Assembly: GCF_037042905.1 (NCBI RefSeq)
Contig: NC_087245.1
Location: 2,172,001 to 2,236,000, forward strand
Length of the DNA stretch: 64,000 nt
Origin: Lytechinus pictus
Lineage: Eukaryota
Reading direction: 5' to 3'
Every line of letters starts with the position of its first letter. Position 1 is the first letter of the stretch. A program made the translations under genes and the position numbers. The notes beneath the pieces were generated by a model. The model was given only the letters and a program-made list of their open reading frames with translations. It ran no database searches and was not told the origin of the DNA. This document shows, in pieces, positions 12,301 through 25,602 of this stretch.

Positions 12301-13257
12301 ATGTTTTGAACATTGATAAAAGGAGTATATTAAGTTAAGGTTTTGTGGTTTAATTAATTTTTTTTTATTTTACTCTAGATTTTGATTGGTATAACACTTC
12401 CTGATAACCACAATATGTTGTGTAAACTGAAATTGAGCAAATTTCATATACATGAAACCACAACCAAAATGGCTTGATAAAAATGGGTAGATATGTTGAA
12501 AAGTACAAAATTGTGTAATATCATAAAAAACAAATGAAAGATAATGAATTAGAATTAAATGGCTTAATAAATAAAACAATTGTCTTGAAGTCAGAATGAG
12601 AGAGATGATGAAGTAAAAAAAGGCCCCATGATGGGAAAGGGGGTGGGGGTAAGCACTCAATAACCACACATTTGTTCAAAATCTAGAAAAGAGAGTGTGA
12701 TTCTTGAAGTCTGTGATTATTTAAAAATGATGATTTGTTAATATTGTGCATTTTATTTATAAAGCCTCAAATTAATGAAATGTACTACATGGCGTTCTTA
12801 AATTCCACATTCAGGTATTAGTGACCTTTTCTCCATTTTGAACTCTTTTTACTCCTTTTGTAATGCTTTCACCAGTATTCCTCTTATGCAAGGTTGATGG
12901 CATTTGGAATACAGATTCAAGATGAGTTGTACCTTTCCCAATATTATATGGTAAATGTGATATTTAAAATTCAATATGGAAAATCTGAGTCATTCCTGAA
13001 CACAAGTCACAGGGTTTATCTGTTTAGATGAGAGATTGATGTTAAGCAATGTTCTGATGAATAACACATTACGCGGACTGACTGGTGTAGGGGCTTTATG
13101 TTCTATGGGCTTCCTACCAATACGAAAACATTGCGACATTTGCTTTGATGAGTCAAGGTTGATGGCTATCTTGAAAACCAGAACCTTATACTGGTAGAGC
13201 AAGAACCGGTAGCAAGAAACTCACTATACCCTACCACGACCCCCGCTTGCTAGATAG

Positions 13258-13269
13258 TTCACTCTCATG
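13258..13269 (+). CDS. Candidate 12-nt microexon (phase 1: V-H-S-H)
   Basis: CTCAC branch-like motif, C-rich tract, TTGCTAGATAG acceptor region, donor ATG|GTATGG. A longer open version to the donor at 13361 is also possible. Confidence 0.3.
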
Positions 13270-14139
13270 GTATGGATGACGAGGCTCTGCTAAAGGGAGA
13301 GAGACGTTTGGTGGCGATATCCAAACAATGCCGTTGGGTTGAATGGGGATCGTATGATGCAGTATGCGTGTTTACTGTCGGAGTGTGGGCATTGTTGAAC
13401 TTTTGAAATGGGGGTTGAACTGTCAATTATGAAATAATTTCAAAGGGGGTTAGGTTTCATTTTTATGGGTTCTCTGAAATTCAAGTGCGTGATTGATGAA
13501 TTATACACTAATTGAATTCTAAAAAGGTGTTGGTGTGATGATATGATAGAGTTAATGAATAGTGTGAAAGTTTAAATATGTGAAAGTGAGTAGGACTGAG
13601 CCAGTGTAATAATCTGATCAATCTCTCTAAAACAGCATTCTTTGATTAATAAATCTCGATTCCTATTAAAAACCTACGTCATTGGTGAAGACGTGTTTTA
13701 TTACATTCCATTTTTCTCTTCTTACAGGGTCTATTGATCTAGCAGTTACACATACATATAATAATCAATTAGCATTTATTTTGAATGGATTTTCTGCAAA
13801 AGGGAACAGTCTCTTGTTAGAGAATATTATATTATGCTTTATTGGCATTAGCAGTGTATTAAAAAATGTCCATGTAATAGAGATAAAAACTTTGGATGCA
13901 AAATCTTATTCATACATTTATTTGTTAATATCTTTCTTTTTCTTTTCTCTTTCATGTTGCCCGATTTCTTCACTAACCGTTCCCTTGGACCATCCTTACA
14001 ACAGGTAAATAATTATTATTTAAAAGTGTGTAATGGTTAATTGAGAGATGTTGATTATGACAGGTATGGTGGAATTGCTGAAAAGATGAAATATGGTAAT
14101 GATTATACAGACTGATGATGAACGTCATCTGATTTAGGT

Positions 14140-14450
14140 GGTGGTGATGATGGTAGTAATGGATGAAAATAATCAGTGATGATGGTTGTGGTCATGATAA
14201 TTGATGATGTTAATTAGTGATGATGATGGTGATGATGATGATGATGATGATGATGACGATGATGACGATGATTATGATGATTATGATGTTGATGTTGATG
14301 ATGATGACAACAATGACAACTAATGAGAAGAACGATGATGAGATGGACAAGGATGAGGAAGATGTTGGTGATGTTGTTAACATAAAGTGGTGGTTGTTGT
14401 GTTGATGGTGGTAATGGTGATGATGATGATAAGTAATGATATATGATGGC
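14140..14450. repeat. Degenerate (GAT)n microsatellite
   Basis: Runs of GATGATGAT; explains the poly-Met and poly-His ORFs. Confidence 0.95.
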
Positions 14451-14825
14451 GATAATAGTGGTCTTCTTTTGTATGAGGACCATACTGACCATTGCTGTAC
14501 TTATCAAACAGTTTTTGAGGCTGATAATGGTGATGCAGGTATTCATTTTACATGTAGATCTAAAAGTAGGGAGATATCAGCAAATAAATTCCTATTTCCA
14601 TTGAAGACAAAAATTGGAGAACCGGTAGTCAATCGCTTGGGTGGCACAGATTAGGGGAATCAGAAATTGAAACATATATTTGCTACAGTCAGAATGTCAG
14701 CACATTAATGTTATAGAGCCTCTGGTATAAAACATACCAGTCATAACATTCATCATTGCTACTAGGCCTAGCCTTTCATCATAGAGTCTACATGATACAT
14801 CAGAGTAGAATGTGGACATCATTAA

Positions 14826-15219
14826 AGATAAATTCCAGTTTTGGTAACGATCTCAAAATGACTTTTTACAGAATCTAATATAATGACCACCCAAGTGTCT
14901 GTTTGTATGAATAAAAAATATGTGCCAAAGGATTCTGGAAGAAATTGTGTAATTGCTGAGAAATAAGCAAAATAAGCGCGGATTCGGTCACTTCCGTCGG
15001 GTCTTTATTTCAGCAATAATAATACACTGTCCCACGTGTGCCTATCTGTGTTGGTGATCTTCAGTGTGAACATTTTTCAGCGTAGATTTCAAGATTTCAC
15101 AAAGGTCAGTTTATTTAACTGTACCAGATCTAGATCCTCGATGATATACTGACAATCAAGCCTGGTTTTACAGACTTTCTCATGAAATCAGTGTTTACTG
15201 CAAATACTGGCATTTCTCT
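14826..15219. mobile_element. Non-autonomous DNA transposon, Kolobok-type (TTAA TSD, AG...CT termini)
   Basis: TTAA at 14822-14825 and 15220-15223. Imperfect TIR: AGATAAATTCCAGT vs reverse complement of the right end, AGAGAAATGCCAGT. Confidence 0.8.
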
Positions 15220-16632
15220 TTAACCATGTCGATACCATCCTCTCAACAACGCAGGACTGTTTAAAACCATGCACTCTTTACAAATAGAGATCAATGGAAG
15301 ACAGTAATGAAGACAGGATCATTATTTTGTCCAATAATGTTAAATCATTCTATCTGGGTGGAATCATTTAATATTGGTTTGTGTCTCTATTCTTTCTTTT
15401 TCCATTTCTATAAGCTTTAGAGAATAATATAATAGATTACATTATAAACAGATTAAAATTTGAAATCTTCAATGGCACTGATTATCCTGCATTGATTTGG
15501 AATGAAGGAGAAGCTGAGAATTTGCCCCTAATATATGAAGCTTCAGTGAAGAAAAAATGAAATGGGTGAGGATGCCTACCTGGTTGACCACAGATGACCT
15601 GTCCAACAAAAAAGATGAAAGATTATCTTTGAAGGTTTAAATTACTAGTATCACCTTTTTAAATCTGTTCCAATAGCCCATCACCCTTCTCACAATGTTG
15701 TTTGTCATAGGATTTAGACTAGAACTAATTCCTTTCTATTCTATTTTTTGTGGTTGAGCATGACTGAAATTATAACAATAGATAGTAATTATCAGATAAC
15801 TGGATAGTACCAATGGTTTTTGGAAAGAGATATATATGTTTTAGAATATGAGGAAACTGGTACTCAATCATATACATGCAAGAACTCTTTTATGATTCTC
15901 TTTCATAACAAACATTGTATTGTATTTTTAAGGTTCTTCTTATACTCTCTAAGAATATTTCTTTTATAGCAATTTCTTCTTAGTGATTCCAATTTTCATT
16001 GAATTCTAGTTTTTCCTTTCTTCAAGTTCTTGAAGAGATTGACCTCTTTATTATTGGTAGTTTTTGTGCTCAACACTCAATCTAATATTAGAAATTTCTT
16101 GTTATATTTGCATTGAAATAACTTAAGGTATCAGTTGATGTTTCTAATCTTCCATTTTTTTTCTTTAGGAATCTTGTATCACTATTTTGGGGGTAAAGCC
16201 AGAAAGTTTATTACTGATAATGTTCTTAGTCACATTAGATGACAGCTTCAAAACAAAATAAAAATGTTATTCTCAAATGATATTACAAATCTCCTGCTCA
16301 TGATTGCCATTAATGAGAATGTTGTACTTGGTCTTCATTTAAAACAGACATGAAACATTAATAAACAATATATTGTGACATGTATCATTCCTGTGGCTTG
16401 TTTCTACCAACAATCAAAACATTAAAACTTTAGCATTTATTGTATTAAATAACACATGCACCAAATACAGTAAAACACTTTTACAACCTGGTTTTTCCAT
16501 ATGAACTCATCGGTATATTTTAAGTTTAAATAAAATGTTCAAGACTAAATTAGCAATGTTAAATTTGCTAATAACATAATCATATTAAAAAGTTTTTGGA
16601 ACTGAAGTGGCTACCCTGGGTAAAATATGATG

Positions 16633-16659
16633 TTATTATTATTATTATTATTATTATTA
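16633..16659. repeat. (TTA)9 microsatellite
   Basis: Read directly from the sequence. Confidence 0.9.
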
Positions 16660-18200
16660 ATATTTATTGTTTATAAGTTGAACATTGTTCTATTTATATT
16701 AAATGTTTAAACCCTCTTTGAACTGTTAAAGAACAATCTTTAATTGTGAAGGTTGCATAAAGTTATTTTGTTTCGTCTATGTAAGGAAGTTTCTTTCTTG
16801 TGTAAACATCAGATTTATCTTATTATTGAAGTTGAAGTGTTGAACTTCATCTAGGTCAATGGTGCACACCGTTGTCACTGTAAGATTTATCTGTCACCAC
16901 AAGGAGGCTAAAAATATCCCACAAGGTCTGAAGTAAAGACTGGTTCTCACTTGGAGATTTACAACAGCGAAGGCATGGATTTAAAGAGAAATTATGATAA
17001 TACCCAATTACTCAACAGTGAAATAATCTGAGGATAGTATGGTGCCAGGTTACATTATAAGACATTGATGATGCGATCCAGTAGGATTCCTCTCCATCTC
17101 ATCCTCATCTGTATTTTGGTGTCATCTTTCTGTACCCCTGTGATGAAGTGTTTCACCTGCTTTTCTCATTGGTTACACTTCACACATTAGTGGTTAGACA
17201 TAGTGGTATCATAGAAAGTATTTTGGCGTGAAAATTATGTGAACTCCCATTTCATTCTACATGGTGTATTCACCCATAATTTTCAGCTGTCTCTGTCCGC
17301 AGCCTGTCATTATATTCGTCTCAACTAAGTATTCCTATCTCTGAACTTGGGAGACCCATTCCACATCAATCCAAGTTATGTTTGCATGAATCTAAAATAT
17401 TTCAATTTGGTTTTTCACCTAAAAATCCCTGGCAATGGAATAAAGCATTATATCTATGTATCAGTTTACAAATCATGGACACTCTTTGGAGTGAAGTAGA
17501 ATTGCATTGATCAGAATGGGTCTGGGAAACATTTCATGTTCCTGCATTAATTTGGACTTTGTTTTTAGCCATCATGGTAGTCTGAAAACAGAGACCCTAT
17601 AGTGCATCTTTGATTAAAACACAAATTTTGCAATGTTCATAGACTCTCCACACTATGGATCTTGAGTAAAAAATATAATCTGTTGTGCAATCAAGTTGTG
17701 TTTTAATGTAAAGGGCTCCTTTTCAATTGGCCCTTCTGTCGTGCAAAATATCAAGGACCTCAAGTGCATAAGTGTATAGCTACTGTGGACACCCTTACCC
17801 ACACATAATCATACATGCTGCAACTGTTTGAATCATTTTTACAATTATTTCTACTAGAGTTTTCTTTGTTTCAGATTTGGTGTAGATTATTTCCCTGCCA
17901 AAAAATGAAAGTTGAATGTTATAAGGCACCATTCAGAAGTTATTCTTATACTTATGCAAATGAAAAATGGCTGTATCATCATTCTAAAAATATGAGTAGA
18001 AACCCTTTCATTGATAGTGACTATGGATAGGGTAGGTATGAGAATGTTGGAAATAGACCAGGGAAATTCGAAGACTGTCTTGGTGGCAGAGCGAACGGGA
18101 ACTGACAACTTGGTATACCTGTAGAGAACTGTCACATTACCAATGGCATTATGCGAGCTGTTTACTTATGATGTAGCTTGATATGTCTATTCCCCTCCAG

Positions 18201-18263
18201 ACTCGATCCCTCAGAGAAGTTACATGCCTATACATCGCAAGAGAGAAAATAGATTTCTCGGCA
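18201..18263 (+). CDS. Candidate 63-nt symmetric exon (phase 1: DSIPQRSYMPIHRKRENRFLG)
   Basis: Acceptor TCTATTCCCCTCCAG| and donor GCA|GTATGG; length a multiple of 3; open in the phase left by exon 6209-6329. Confidence 0.45.
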
Positions 18264-19975
18264 GTATGGGGATGATGAAGAGAAAAAGAGAGGAAAAAAT
18301 AGTTCTTGGCTTGAGAAACAGAAGATGGAGGTTGTATAGAATGGGAACTTGGCTCTGTTTTTTTAAAAATAAAAATAAGATGGAATGGAATGTGGAGTGG
18401 AGTCTATTGTTCATTTTCAGGAGAGAAAATAAGTGCCTACAGAGCTTCGCTGTTGTGGTATTGGCAAGTTGATGGCATAGTTGGACAACATCATTCTGAT
18501 GGCATCATGGTCATGTTGTGTCTGTAGTGTTTAAACTCTGTAGATTTTGTATTCTTGCTTTTATTTGACAATAAGGAATAAAAAAGGACAAAAGACAATT
18601 TCTACTAGTTCTTTATTTTTATTTCCCCAAATCTCCTTGTACTTTCTCTATTCTCTCTTTCTTGTCCTCCCTATATCTCATTAATTTAAATTCAATCTTC
18701 AAGTTTAGATGCATTAGAATTCTTGCTGTGTATCTTTCTCATCATTATGATGATCTTCATCCTTCTCAAACCTCTTTTTTTTTACTGACACATCAACACA
18801 GGGTGGACCCTCCTCCGTTTATAAAGCCTTGAAAACTTACAATTTGATTAAAATTTCCACCAAAATACATTGTTAACTGTGTTCCAATTCCTTGTTTCAA
18901 TCTTGAAATGCAAAGAATGTCTTTCTTGTAAGCTTGATTGCTTCACTCTCTCTCTTTCATGTTCTTATGTTTTAAACATCTTCCATAATTCTTGCCCATG
19001 GATTTTAAAAATCTGCATATTGCTTTGTTTATCAACCTTCTCTTGCTCTTTTATATCTCATGGTATTCTGTTTGTGTTTATTTCTTATGTTATCACCTTA
19101 TATCTTTCTTTATCATATTGTTAGGTTAACAATTATCTGTTTTACATTAATGTACCAGTCTTTGTATACTGTCAGCCTCCCAATACTTCATCTTTCTTAT
19201 CCTTGACATAAATCACCTTCAATGTTATAGGTTCCAAATAAACGGGTATATCTATTACCACTGTAATCACTATCATTATTTCTCTTCATAGTGTGATTGA
19301 ATACTCACTAATGTTTTCAGATCATCATTTACATCCAAATCCCTTTTCAGAGTTCCCTTTTTATGAATCAAGGTAGCATTTAATGAGGTGAAAACAAAAT
19401 GATTGGGATAAATACATTTCTGAAAGTAGTATCATTGACTGAATAAGAGTTCTTCATTTGATTTGTTGATCTGTAACTTCTTCTTCATGAAACTTAAGAT
19501 CATCCAGCCATCAAAATCAGAGTGTTTCCTCTCCCATTAGCATACTTCTCCTTGAAAATCCATTGTGGCTTCTTTCTTATCCTTAAGCTTATCCATCCAA
19601 ATCCATTTTGCTTTCAAAAGAAGATCTTGACGAATCTCTCTTGTTAAGTTTAGAGCTCTTTTCTCGGCTCTGGGCATGCTAGATATAAGGAACAAAAGAT
19701 GTTTTCTTTAAAGGATAGGTTTAGATATTGTGTCTTGGAAAAAGGACATTTTCGCTGCCTCCAGGATCATTTGATTGGTGTTTTTCTCCTGAATTGACAA
19801 CAGTTTAGAAACAACAATTACGAACAACAGTAGTTTGAAATAAGGTTGCCTGTATACATGAATAGAAATGCAACTTCTTTCATCAGTTGTGTTGTAAAAA
19901 GGCAATTGTGCAGCACTTGGAATGAATGTTTTCTTGTGAAGTTAAGGACTTTGATCAGCCATCGTTACTGCCTTA

Positions 19976-22132
19976 AGGCCCTGTCACATCGTTCCGTGCA
20001 AGCCTTGCGGGCGACTTGCGGGTAACTACTTTTGCTACCCGGCGTCTTTCTAAGAATGAAAGTTTAGTTAGGACTAACTCCAAAAGAAAAATCAGATTTT
20101 GGCGGCCGTAACAGGGAAAATGTGAATGAAACATTTTTTTTTCGCCCCCTTCCCTTCTATTGATAACTCGAGCTGGATCTGTCCCTTGGTATGACGAAAG
20201 TAAATGTGACTAATGATAATAAGGAACCAGTGTTGAAATTACTTTTTATTTTAGGGAGCCATTTTGAAAAATAGAGGAGAGCCATTTTTCATTTTACGAG
20301 AACCATTTTCAACTTTCGAGAGCCATTTTTTAAAAATGATTCAGCACATGGTTTCACATCGCAGTTTTTCCTGCTTGTTTACAAATGTATTTAATGTTAA
20401 ACATTGTTTATTTAATTGCTATTTATTTTTTCTTCATTGTTATTAATTGTTAAATTATTATTTTTCTTTATTGTTGTCCATTTACATGTAGATCTAATCT
20501 TTATTGTTTGTATCTCATTACTACTCGTATATTAAATTAAATGGATGTTCTAACTTCTTTTTTTAATATACAATTTTGTCCATCAAATTGAAAAGGATGA
20601 AGTTTATCAAATTTGAACAGAATTTGTATTTAGAGGAATCCTTTTCATAAATACTTTTTGACTAAAACTCACTTGAAAATTATTTTATGAAATATTGAAT
20701 GCATCACAGCCTGACAGCTAACGTCACCATGTCAACTATTTCTCAAGCTAGGCTATGCTATGCCTACGCTAGCGCAGCTCAGCCACTGAACATATCACAG
20801 CTCTCAGTCAATCATCACCGTAACGCGCAGCTCACAGTCAATCATCTCCGCAACACAGGCGGGATGAAACTGCATTAGCGCCAATACATGTATACACTTG
20901 GGCACTGACCGTTACTCACCAAAAATCCCCACAGAAAATACTAATTTCGGTCTGAAAATTGCGGGATCTGCACCAAATTTCCAGAGCACCAAGTGGCTCA
21001 GTTCAGATTTGAGAAGTGGAGTCTTCAGTTTCTTCAGAGCTCACGATCTTATTTTCTTGCAAATTTAGGATGGTATCTTATAAAATTAATCAAAATTAAT
21101 CATTTTGCCTCCGACGAAGATTCTGCTAGGATCGAAAGCTTAGGCCCCTTTTTGACTTTATAATTTACTCCATTGGCTCTCTTTTATTAGATAAGCAGTT
21201 TTCAGCAGCTTCTTTTTGCCAAAATTAATCCAATAGAAAAGGAAATTTTTTGCTATCAAAGTTACAGCGAGACCTGGTGCCGCGCAGCGTTTTGAAAAAT
21301 AGTACAATGGATATCAAGAGTTTGAATCTTGATACGCATTTTCTGAAGCGCCGCGCCCGTGATTCTAAAAAATCTACTAAGTTACACGTCAGAATGCGAC
21401 GATGCATGAAAGTAAAAACTGCGGCTGCGCTGGCTGTCTGACTGCTAATATGCAGTCGTAAATGGGAGACTGGATGGGCGCGGACGGGAGCGATTTTCAT
21501 GTTGGGAGTCGCTCGGTACTTGGCAGTTTAGGCAGTTGCGAGAGCGATTCCAAAGCACACGAGGGCGGAATCGCTCGTCGCTAACGTGTATTTTCAACCC
21601 TGTGAGGAACCCTACCATGCAACATGATCGTCGAACGTCGGGAATCGGTACTGCCTTGTCGGTAATCAGAGCCTCCACCCCCTCCCCCATCACCACTGGA
21701 AAAGGCCTCGCGACTCCCCTGTCTGTGGCCTCCGAGTCGTCGACCTCATGGTCGGTATCGATTCGATCGGCAATGGTCTCAGCACGAGGCATGTTTACTC
21801 ATAGGAATTACTTGAGAAATGACGATTGCCCAATATGCTTGCACCTTGCACGCATCTTACACGCAGGTAACACGCAGGTTGGCGTAGATAACACGCAGGT
21901 TGGCAGTAGATAACACGCAGGGCACGTATGTCGCCCGCAACTTACATGGAAGCTTGCACGTGCCTCGCCCGCAGGTCACACGCAATGCACGCAAGTCGAC
22001 AGTAGATTGCACGCGTCCCACATGCGGAACTTGTGAAAATTCTTGATTGCCTGCATAAATTTTGTTGTGTGCAGGAAAAAATATGCCCGCAACTCACCCG
22101 CAAGGCTTGCACGGAACGATGTGACAGGGCCT
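19976..22132. mobile_element. Non-autonomous PIF/Harbinger element containing a nested hAT element
   Basis: Perfect 36-bp TIR AGGCCCTGTCACATCGTTCCGTGCAAGCCTTGCGGG, extending to about 47 bp with 2 mismatches. TTA TSD at 19973-19975 and 22133-22135. No transposase ORF. Confidence 0.92.
20228..21602. mobile_element. Non-autonomous hAT element nested in the Harbinger shell
   Basis: TIR CAGTGTTGAAA vs CAGGGTTGAAA (reverse complement of the right end). 8-bp TSD TAAGGAAC (20220-20227) / TGAGGAAC (21603-21610). Subterminal GAGCCATTTT repeats near 20256-20330. Confidence 0.85.
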
Positions 22133-25100
22133 TTAGTTTCCTAGTGTTGAATAGTCATAGAGAATAGAGATTATTTTACTAGTCTTTTTTAGTTGTCTCA
22201 CCCATGGTTTTTGAAGTGGTACCTTAGCAGTAATGTGTGGTTGTAATGGCAAGACTCCCCATCACGATTCAATAATTCAACAGAAATGAGCAAGCCATTA
22301 TTGGGGATCTAAGAGTCCACATTCAGAAAAGTATCCAAACCAAAGTTTTTCATTTATTCAAGTCCCATGTTCATCATTGGGAATTTAGTTATATTATTGA
22401 ATGAAAATACTGCAAAATTATTCCTTATTTCAAGTGAATGAATGAAATTGCATCAAGATTCTTGTTATAAGTTATTCTATGAACTTGATATGAATGAATG
22501 AAAAACATTAACAATTAGTCAAGTTCAATATGTGTTTGTCAAGCATTTTGATAATCTTTAGTACCTCGGAATACTGAAATGCAGCATTTGCAAAAAATAA
22601 ATTCATCCGTATATAAGACAATTTGAAAGAACTCGAGATGGAAATTGTTTACATATAGGGCCTATATGTTTCTTCATATTTACTTCTTTATGGTGTTTTA
22701 GTTTAATAAGTGTTTTCTGCAAGGGCTAGCTATTTATATACTGTATATATAACTCAATTGTATCATGCTTTTGTTTCTGTTTATAACTTTCAAAGTGCCA
22801 TCATGTTGATTGCCTGTCATAACATGTTTCTCACACATATTTATGTGCATAATATTGATTGAACTAATGATAAGATAGGAATGGAAAATTTCAAATACCC
22901 CTCTGGGTGAAAAGGGGTGGTTTATTACGAACACGCCGAAGAAGAATAGTGTAAATGCATAACTGGGCTGGATGTATCTTTATATCATAGGTCATAGTTT
23001 TCTCCTTGTAATACCATTCATTATTATGCCTGTGGCGCCAGTAGAACAGGAAAAAAAATGGATGCTTTTCTGTTTTATGATGGCATATTATACAAAATCA
23101 CTGCCCTTTAGCTTTTACCTCCCAACAATGAATCTATGGAAGCATCAGCATGATGAGTGATGTTTTTCACCTTTAATGTATTTTTCAAATTTTTAAGTCT
23201 TTTTATGAGTATCTTGAAATTAGTAATAACGCTAATGGAGAAATGTTGATGAGATAATCCTCTCACTCAGATACACCTACACACTATCATTTTGATTAAT
23301 CGTCTTGGTATTTCATCACCAGGAAAATGCAATTAGGGTCATTTTATACAGTCTTGATGTGTTCCATCTAGGATGATCTATAAGATGAGGCGACTTGACC
23401 TCCCGGGTATTTGGAGAAAAAAAACTGGCACAAATCCTACCAATACCCCCCCTTGTGAATCGAAGACTAAAGGATCAAATTTCATGTACATGTTTTAGAT
23501 ATTGATTTGTTGACACAAGCATTCTCATAAACTAACAGGTTGAACTTTTTGTTTCAATTGTACGGTTTTCAGACTTTGATATGTCAAATCAGCTCTTCAT
23601 GAGAAATTTTAAAAATTCAAGTGTTGGTTCTGATAAGAGGTGTATAGCTCTATAGATTATTATTTATAAAAATCTTTGAAGTTGGGTACATGGATAATAC
23701 TTTTATCAAGATTCAAGAGCTAGATATACGGCTGTGGTTCTTGTGGAAAAACATTGATACATGTACGGGCGATCAGTAAACCCTTATTTTACCAATCTTT
23801 TTATTTCCTAATATTATATGTATTATGTATATATGTGTTATTTACATAAATGCCTCAAACTATTTTGTTATGAAATAGATTAGTTTGAATAAGTTCAGTT
23901 CAAAATATCTAATTGTAAATCCAATATAGAAGTTTTAGTTGTTAATTGCTTAATAAATCTATGAAAAAATTCTTTTCATTTTTTGATAACAATATAAATC
24001 TTGACTCTAACTACAAATGAATATATGAAAGCAATCATATTTTTTATAAAGAATCTGGTAAATTTATTATTGTAAAGACTTTAATTGAAAGTGTGCAGTC
24101 CATTCACTACTCCATACCCTTGTATCTATAAACTGTTATAATTGATTGGTGTGTGTGATGAATGTCCTCCAGCCTGTGCATGCAGTATGTGGTAATTTAA
24201 AATGTTCATTACTTATTTTATTGATTGGGATGTTAACACTGTATATCAGTATACCAGCACTTACTCCATTAGCCTTAATGAGAAAGACACCCTATCAGTG
24301 ATTTTCACTGTATGCCTTCTCATCATGTGTGTAGTTATTAAAGGACAAACGAGAGAGAGAGAGAAAATGTGAGTTATACTGAAAAGCTGGAAATAGCATG
24401 GAAGGTATGAAAACACACTTGTGGGTCAATTTTTAAGTATTAAAATGCAAGTTACAATAAACTAAGATTTTAGGTATACAATTCGTCGGCAGTCATCCAA
24501 ACGGTCATGTCACAGATACGACAATGCAAACCCCATTTCACAGAAAATAGACTTCACAGTTTTACTATAATTCACAAACTTTTTTCCTCAGCCTTACAGG
24601 ATTTTGCCACATACTGTAAACTGTGTTGTACTACACATTTTATAATTGCAATTTGTACAATATGGTTATCAGTTGCAAGAAAATGTTTAGAATAACAACA
24701 TGCAGATTGTGTTTTCAAGTACCTTTTTATAATAACCTATTTAGAGTGACATAAAATGGAGGACTAGTAACTCAGAATTGTTATATTTGTTCTTGCTATA
24801 TCAACAAACCTATAGGTATATTAGTGCCTTGTATACCTGCCTTCATAGAGCAATTAATAGGCATAGAGAGAACTTTGGGTGTTGACAAAGCACTCAAACA
24901 AGCAGAGATATGAAGTTTTTAATATTGGTCGCTGTAAACAATCTAGATAGGTAGTGGTGTCAAATAAATTGTAAATCAGAAGTAGGGAGAGGAATGAAAA
25001 GGGTGGTGATTTTTGAGGTGTTGATGAGCTATTTCTTTTACAGTGGTCTGCCATTAATATAAGGAATGTGCAACAACAACAAGAAAAAAATAATGTTCAA

Positions 25101-25301
25101 GGGCAGTAGATTATACAACAATTTTAAGTTGATAGACAAATATTTGGATAGCTCAATCCATCTGGAAATAGAGTGGTTAAACATCATGTTAAACATTCAT
25201 AATCAATTTGTCGTAAATTTCTTTTCCTTTTTGAGAAATGGTGCTTGGATTTTTTGATATGCTATCGCCTTAAGCTGAAATCCATGTATATAGACATAAG
25301 G

Positions 25302-25602
25302 GCCCGTATTCTGAAGTCGGGTTTAAATTAATTTCTGGTCTCAAATTATGGTTTAACTATGGAGAGCCAATAGTGACAAAAATCTCCGATGGAAGAGGTT
25401 CTCAGCCCATTCACTCTCAAATCATTCTTAATTGTCTGGGAAGGATGAATAAGATAATTGTCCTTACCATTAAAGAAATAGGAAAGAGCACAGTGAACAT
25501 AAGAAACATACAATGTACACAAATTTTTTACGTTTGGCTTCTCATAATTTAAGCACAGAGTTAAACCTTGGTCTAAGTAAAACCCGACATCAGAATACAG
25601 GC
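25302..25602. mobile_element. MITE, about 300 bp (probably Harbinger/Tourist-like)
   Basis: GCCCGTATTCTGAAGTCGGGTTT vs reverse complement of the right end, GCCTGTATTCTGATGTCGGGTTT. TSD degenerate. Confidence 0.78.

Noticed and set aside
14214..14546. Poly-His and poly-Met ORFs
   Set aside because: They are translations of the (GAT)n microsatellite.
21859..21921. Short direct repeats considered as a CRISPR-like array
   Set aside because: No unique spacers, no cas genes, eukaryotic context; they are transposon subterminal repeats.
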